The notes under the pieces were generated by a model. That model did no database searches, was not told the origin of the DNA, and saw only the letters and a list, made by a program, of their open reading frames with translations. Both the position numbers and the translations under genes were made by a program. Positions 56,177 to 57,521 of a stretch of 57,521 nucleotides of DNA are shown here, piece after piece. The DNA comes from Patescibacteria group bacterium. GTDB taxonomy: Bacteria > Patescibacteriota > Minisyncoccia > Moranbacterales > UBA11712. Position 1 is the stretch's first letter. Each line of letters opens with the position of its first letter. The stretch is taken from assembly GCA_030018805.1 (NCBI GenBank), contig JASEHL010000001.1:1-57521 (forward strand), read 5' to 3'.

Positions 56177-56782
56177 ATGGCTACTTTCGCAAAAGCCGCA
56201 TTTATTGGCATAATCGCCGCTTTGGCGGCCGTCATTGCCGAGCAGTTTTTGGCCGTCACAGCGAGCCTTTTCTTTCAAAGGGAAATAATGCCCGCCGTTT
56301 ACGCGAATCTCAATTTCTTTCTGGTTGCCGCGGCGATTATCGAGGAGGCCATCAAATATTTCGCCGCGAGCCGCATCCTTCGCCGGATTTTCGGCCTCGA
56401 AAGATTCAAATTCATTTTCGCCGCCGTCACCGCCGGCCTTTTCTTTGGATTGACGGAAGCGTACTTCATTCTTCTTTCGAATGGAAAGAAAATTTCGGAT
56501 ATCAAGTCTCTCGATGGTGAAACGCTTTTTTCGCTTCTCACGGTGATTTTGACGCACGTTTTGACAACCCTTCTCATTTCCGTCCTCATCGCCGGCCGGC
56601 AGGAAAAAAATAGGCTCGACGCGCTCAAAACAATCCTTCCGCCAACATTTGTTCATCTTCTCGTGAATTTTCTCATCATTCAAAAAGGCGATTTCACCAA
56701 TTGGCTCGTCGGGATTGTTTTGGGAACAACCTTCGTCACAAGCGCGGCGATTATCATGTTTAATTTGCGCGAACTTGATTAA
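56177..56782 (+). CDS. PrsW/CPBP-like intramembrane protease family protein
   Basis: 201 aa, polytopic, with IIEEAIKY, FFGLTEA and THVLTT (an EExxK...E...H pattern). Confidence 0.5.
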   Translation: MATFAKAAFIGIIAALAAVIAEQFLAVTASLFFQREIMPAVYANLNFFLVAAAIIEEAIKYFAASRILRRIFGLERFKFIFAAVTAGLFFGLTEAYFILLSNGKKISDIKSLDGETLFSLLTVILTHVLTTLLISVLIAGRQEKNRLDALKTILPPTFVHLLVNFLIIQKGDFTNWLVGIVLGTTFVTSAAIIMFNLRELD

Positions 56783-56839
56783 TTTCAGAAATGATAATAT
56801 ACTGAAAATATCAAATAAGCATAACTTAGACTGAAAATT

Positions 56840-57391
56840 ATGAAAGAAAAACGATCTTTTTTTGAACGGCTGACCGGCGCAAAACACGTTCCGGAGGAAC
56901 AAAACCGGCCTCCCTACAGCTATACCGATCCCGCCCAATCATACGGAGCGCAAACCATCCAGCCGCAGGCAAGCTCGCAGGAAAACTATTCCGTTGAGCC
57001 GACGGTTCAGGAGCCAAGCGCGCCGGCCGAGCAGCAGGATGAAAGCTGGGCCGGCGACTCGGAGGGACAGCTCACGATTGATGTTTATCAGACCGACAAC
57101 GACATCGTCATCAAGTCAACCATCGCCGGAGTAAAGCCGGAAGACCTGGACGTTTCCATCAACAACGACATGGTGACCATCCGCGGCGATCGAAAAAACG
57201 AAGAAAAAGTCGAGGGTGAAAACTACTATTACCAGGAATGCTACTGGGGAACGTTTTCTCGTTCGGTTATTCTTCCCGTCGAGGTTCTCGCCGACAAAGC
57301 CGAAGCGGCGATGAAAAACGGAATTCTCACCATCCGCCTCCCCAAAGCCGACACGACAAAAACGAAACGGATTCAAGTGAGGGGATTTTAG
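56840..57391 (+). CDS. Hsp20/alpha-crystallin small heat-shock protein
   Basis: 183 aa with LTIDVYQTDNDIVIKSTIAGVKPEDLDVSI...GILTIRLPK. Confidence 0.9.
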   Translation: MKEKRSFFERLTGAKHVPEEQNRPPYSYTDPAQSYGAQTIQPQASSQENYSVEPTVQEPSAPAEQQDESWAGDSEGQLTIDVYQTDNDIVIKSTIAGVKPEDLDVSINNDMVTIRGDRKNEEKVEGENYYYQECYWGTFSRSVILPVEVLADKAEAAMKNGILTIRLPKADTTKTKRIQVRGF

Positions 57392-57415
57392 ACAGCGAGA
57401 ATTATTTATCATAAT

Positions 57416-57445
57416 AAAAACGGGCCGCGAGGCTCGTTTTTTTGC
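57416..57445 (+). terminator. intrinsic terminator after the hsp20 gene
   Basis: acgggcc-gcga-ggctcgt followed by T7. Confidence 0.65.
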
Positions 57446-57521
57446 TTTTTTGCCTATAAGTCAGTTCACCCCCGCCAAAGGCGGTGGCTTGATGAGTGGG
57501 ATCGCCTTAAAGGCGATAACT

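Overview
The window looks like a small-genome Patescibacteria/CPR-type bacterium. This is an inference from three things: a 16S rRNA gene that is split by insertions and not linked to a 23S gene, a secretin-less type IV pilus cluster, and compact one-strand operons. The standard genetic code applies, since conserved genes are full length and several end in TGA.

Layout:
- 1-12.7 kb: a phage-like integrated island. It carries an IS transposase fragment, a tyrosine integrase, an M23 lysin, small membrane proteins, a HicB-HicB-HicA cassette, a 1108-aa protein, a broken MT-A70 methylase, a YqaJ exonuclease plus ERF recombinase, and a transglycosylase. No capsid, portal or terminase gene is recognisable, and several genes are disrupted at homopolymers.
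- 12.8-15.85 kb: a 16S rRNA gene on the minus strand, stretched to about 3.0 kb by three insertions. One is an intron-like element encoding a LAGLIDADG endonuclease. One has no ORF. One encodes a four-helix-bundle (23S-IVS/Avd-like) protein.
- 16.7-26.2 kb: murD, a D-aminoacylase, murI, gap, gatA, gatC and ligA.
- 26.2-27.2 kb: a RAYT transposase with REP-like palindromes.
- 27.3-41.6 kb: a type IV pilus cluster with four minor pilins, pilD, five tandem pilins, pilC, pilT, a CheY-like receiver, pilB and pilONM.
- 41.8-57.5 kb: comF, a GDSL hydrolase, tRNAs, recG, a DNA glycosylase, glycosyltransferases, HU, tsaD, a PrsW-like protein and Hsp20.

The most unusual signal is a dense set of small palindromic elements:
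- At least ten hairpins have arms built from tandem 7-nt repeats. The arm sequence differs between loci but the architecture is constant. Three of these enclose four-helix-bundle protein genes, one of them inside the 16S rRNA.
- Several non-heptad palindrome families also occur.
- Many copies of both kinds sit in frame and free of stop codons inside essential genes (ligA, murD, tsaD, the DNA glycosylase, a glycosyltransferase, pilins). One sits exactly at a prepilin cleavage motif and has a 9-bp duplication.
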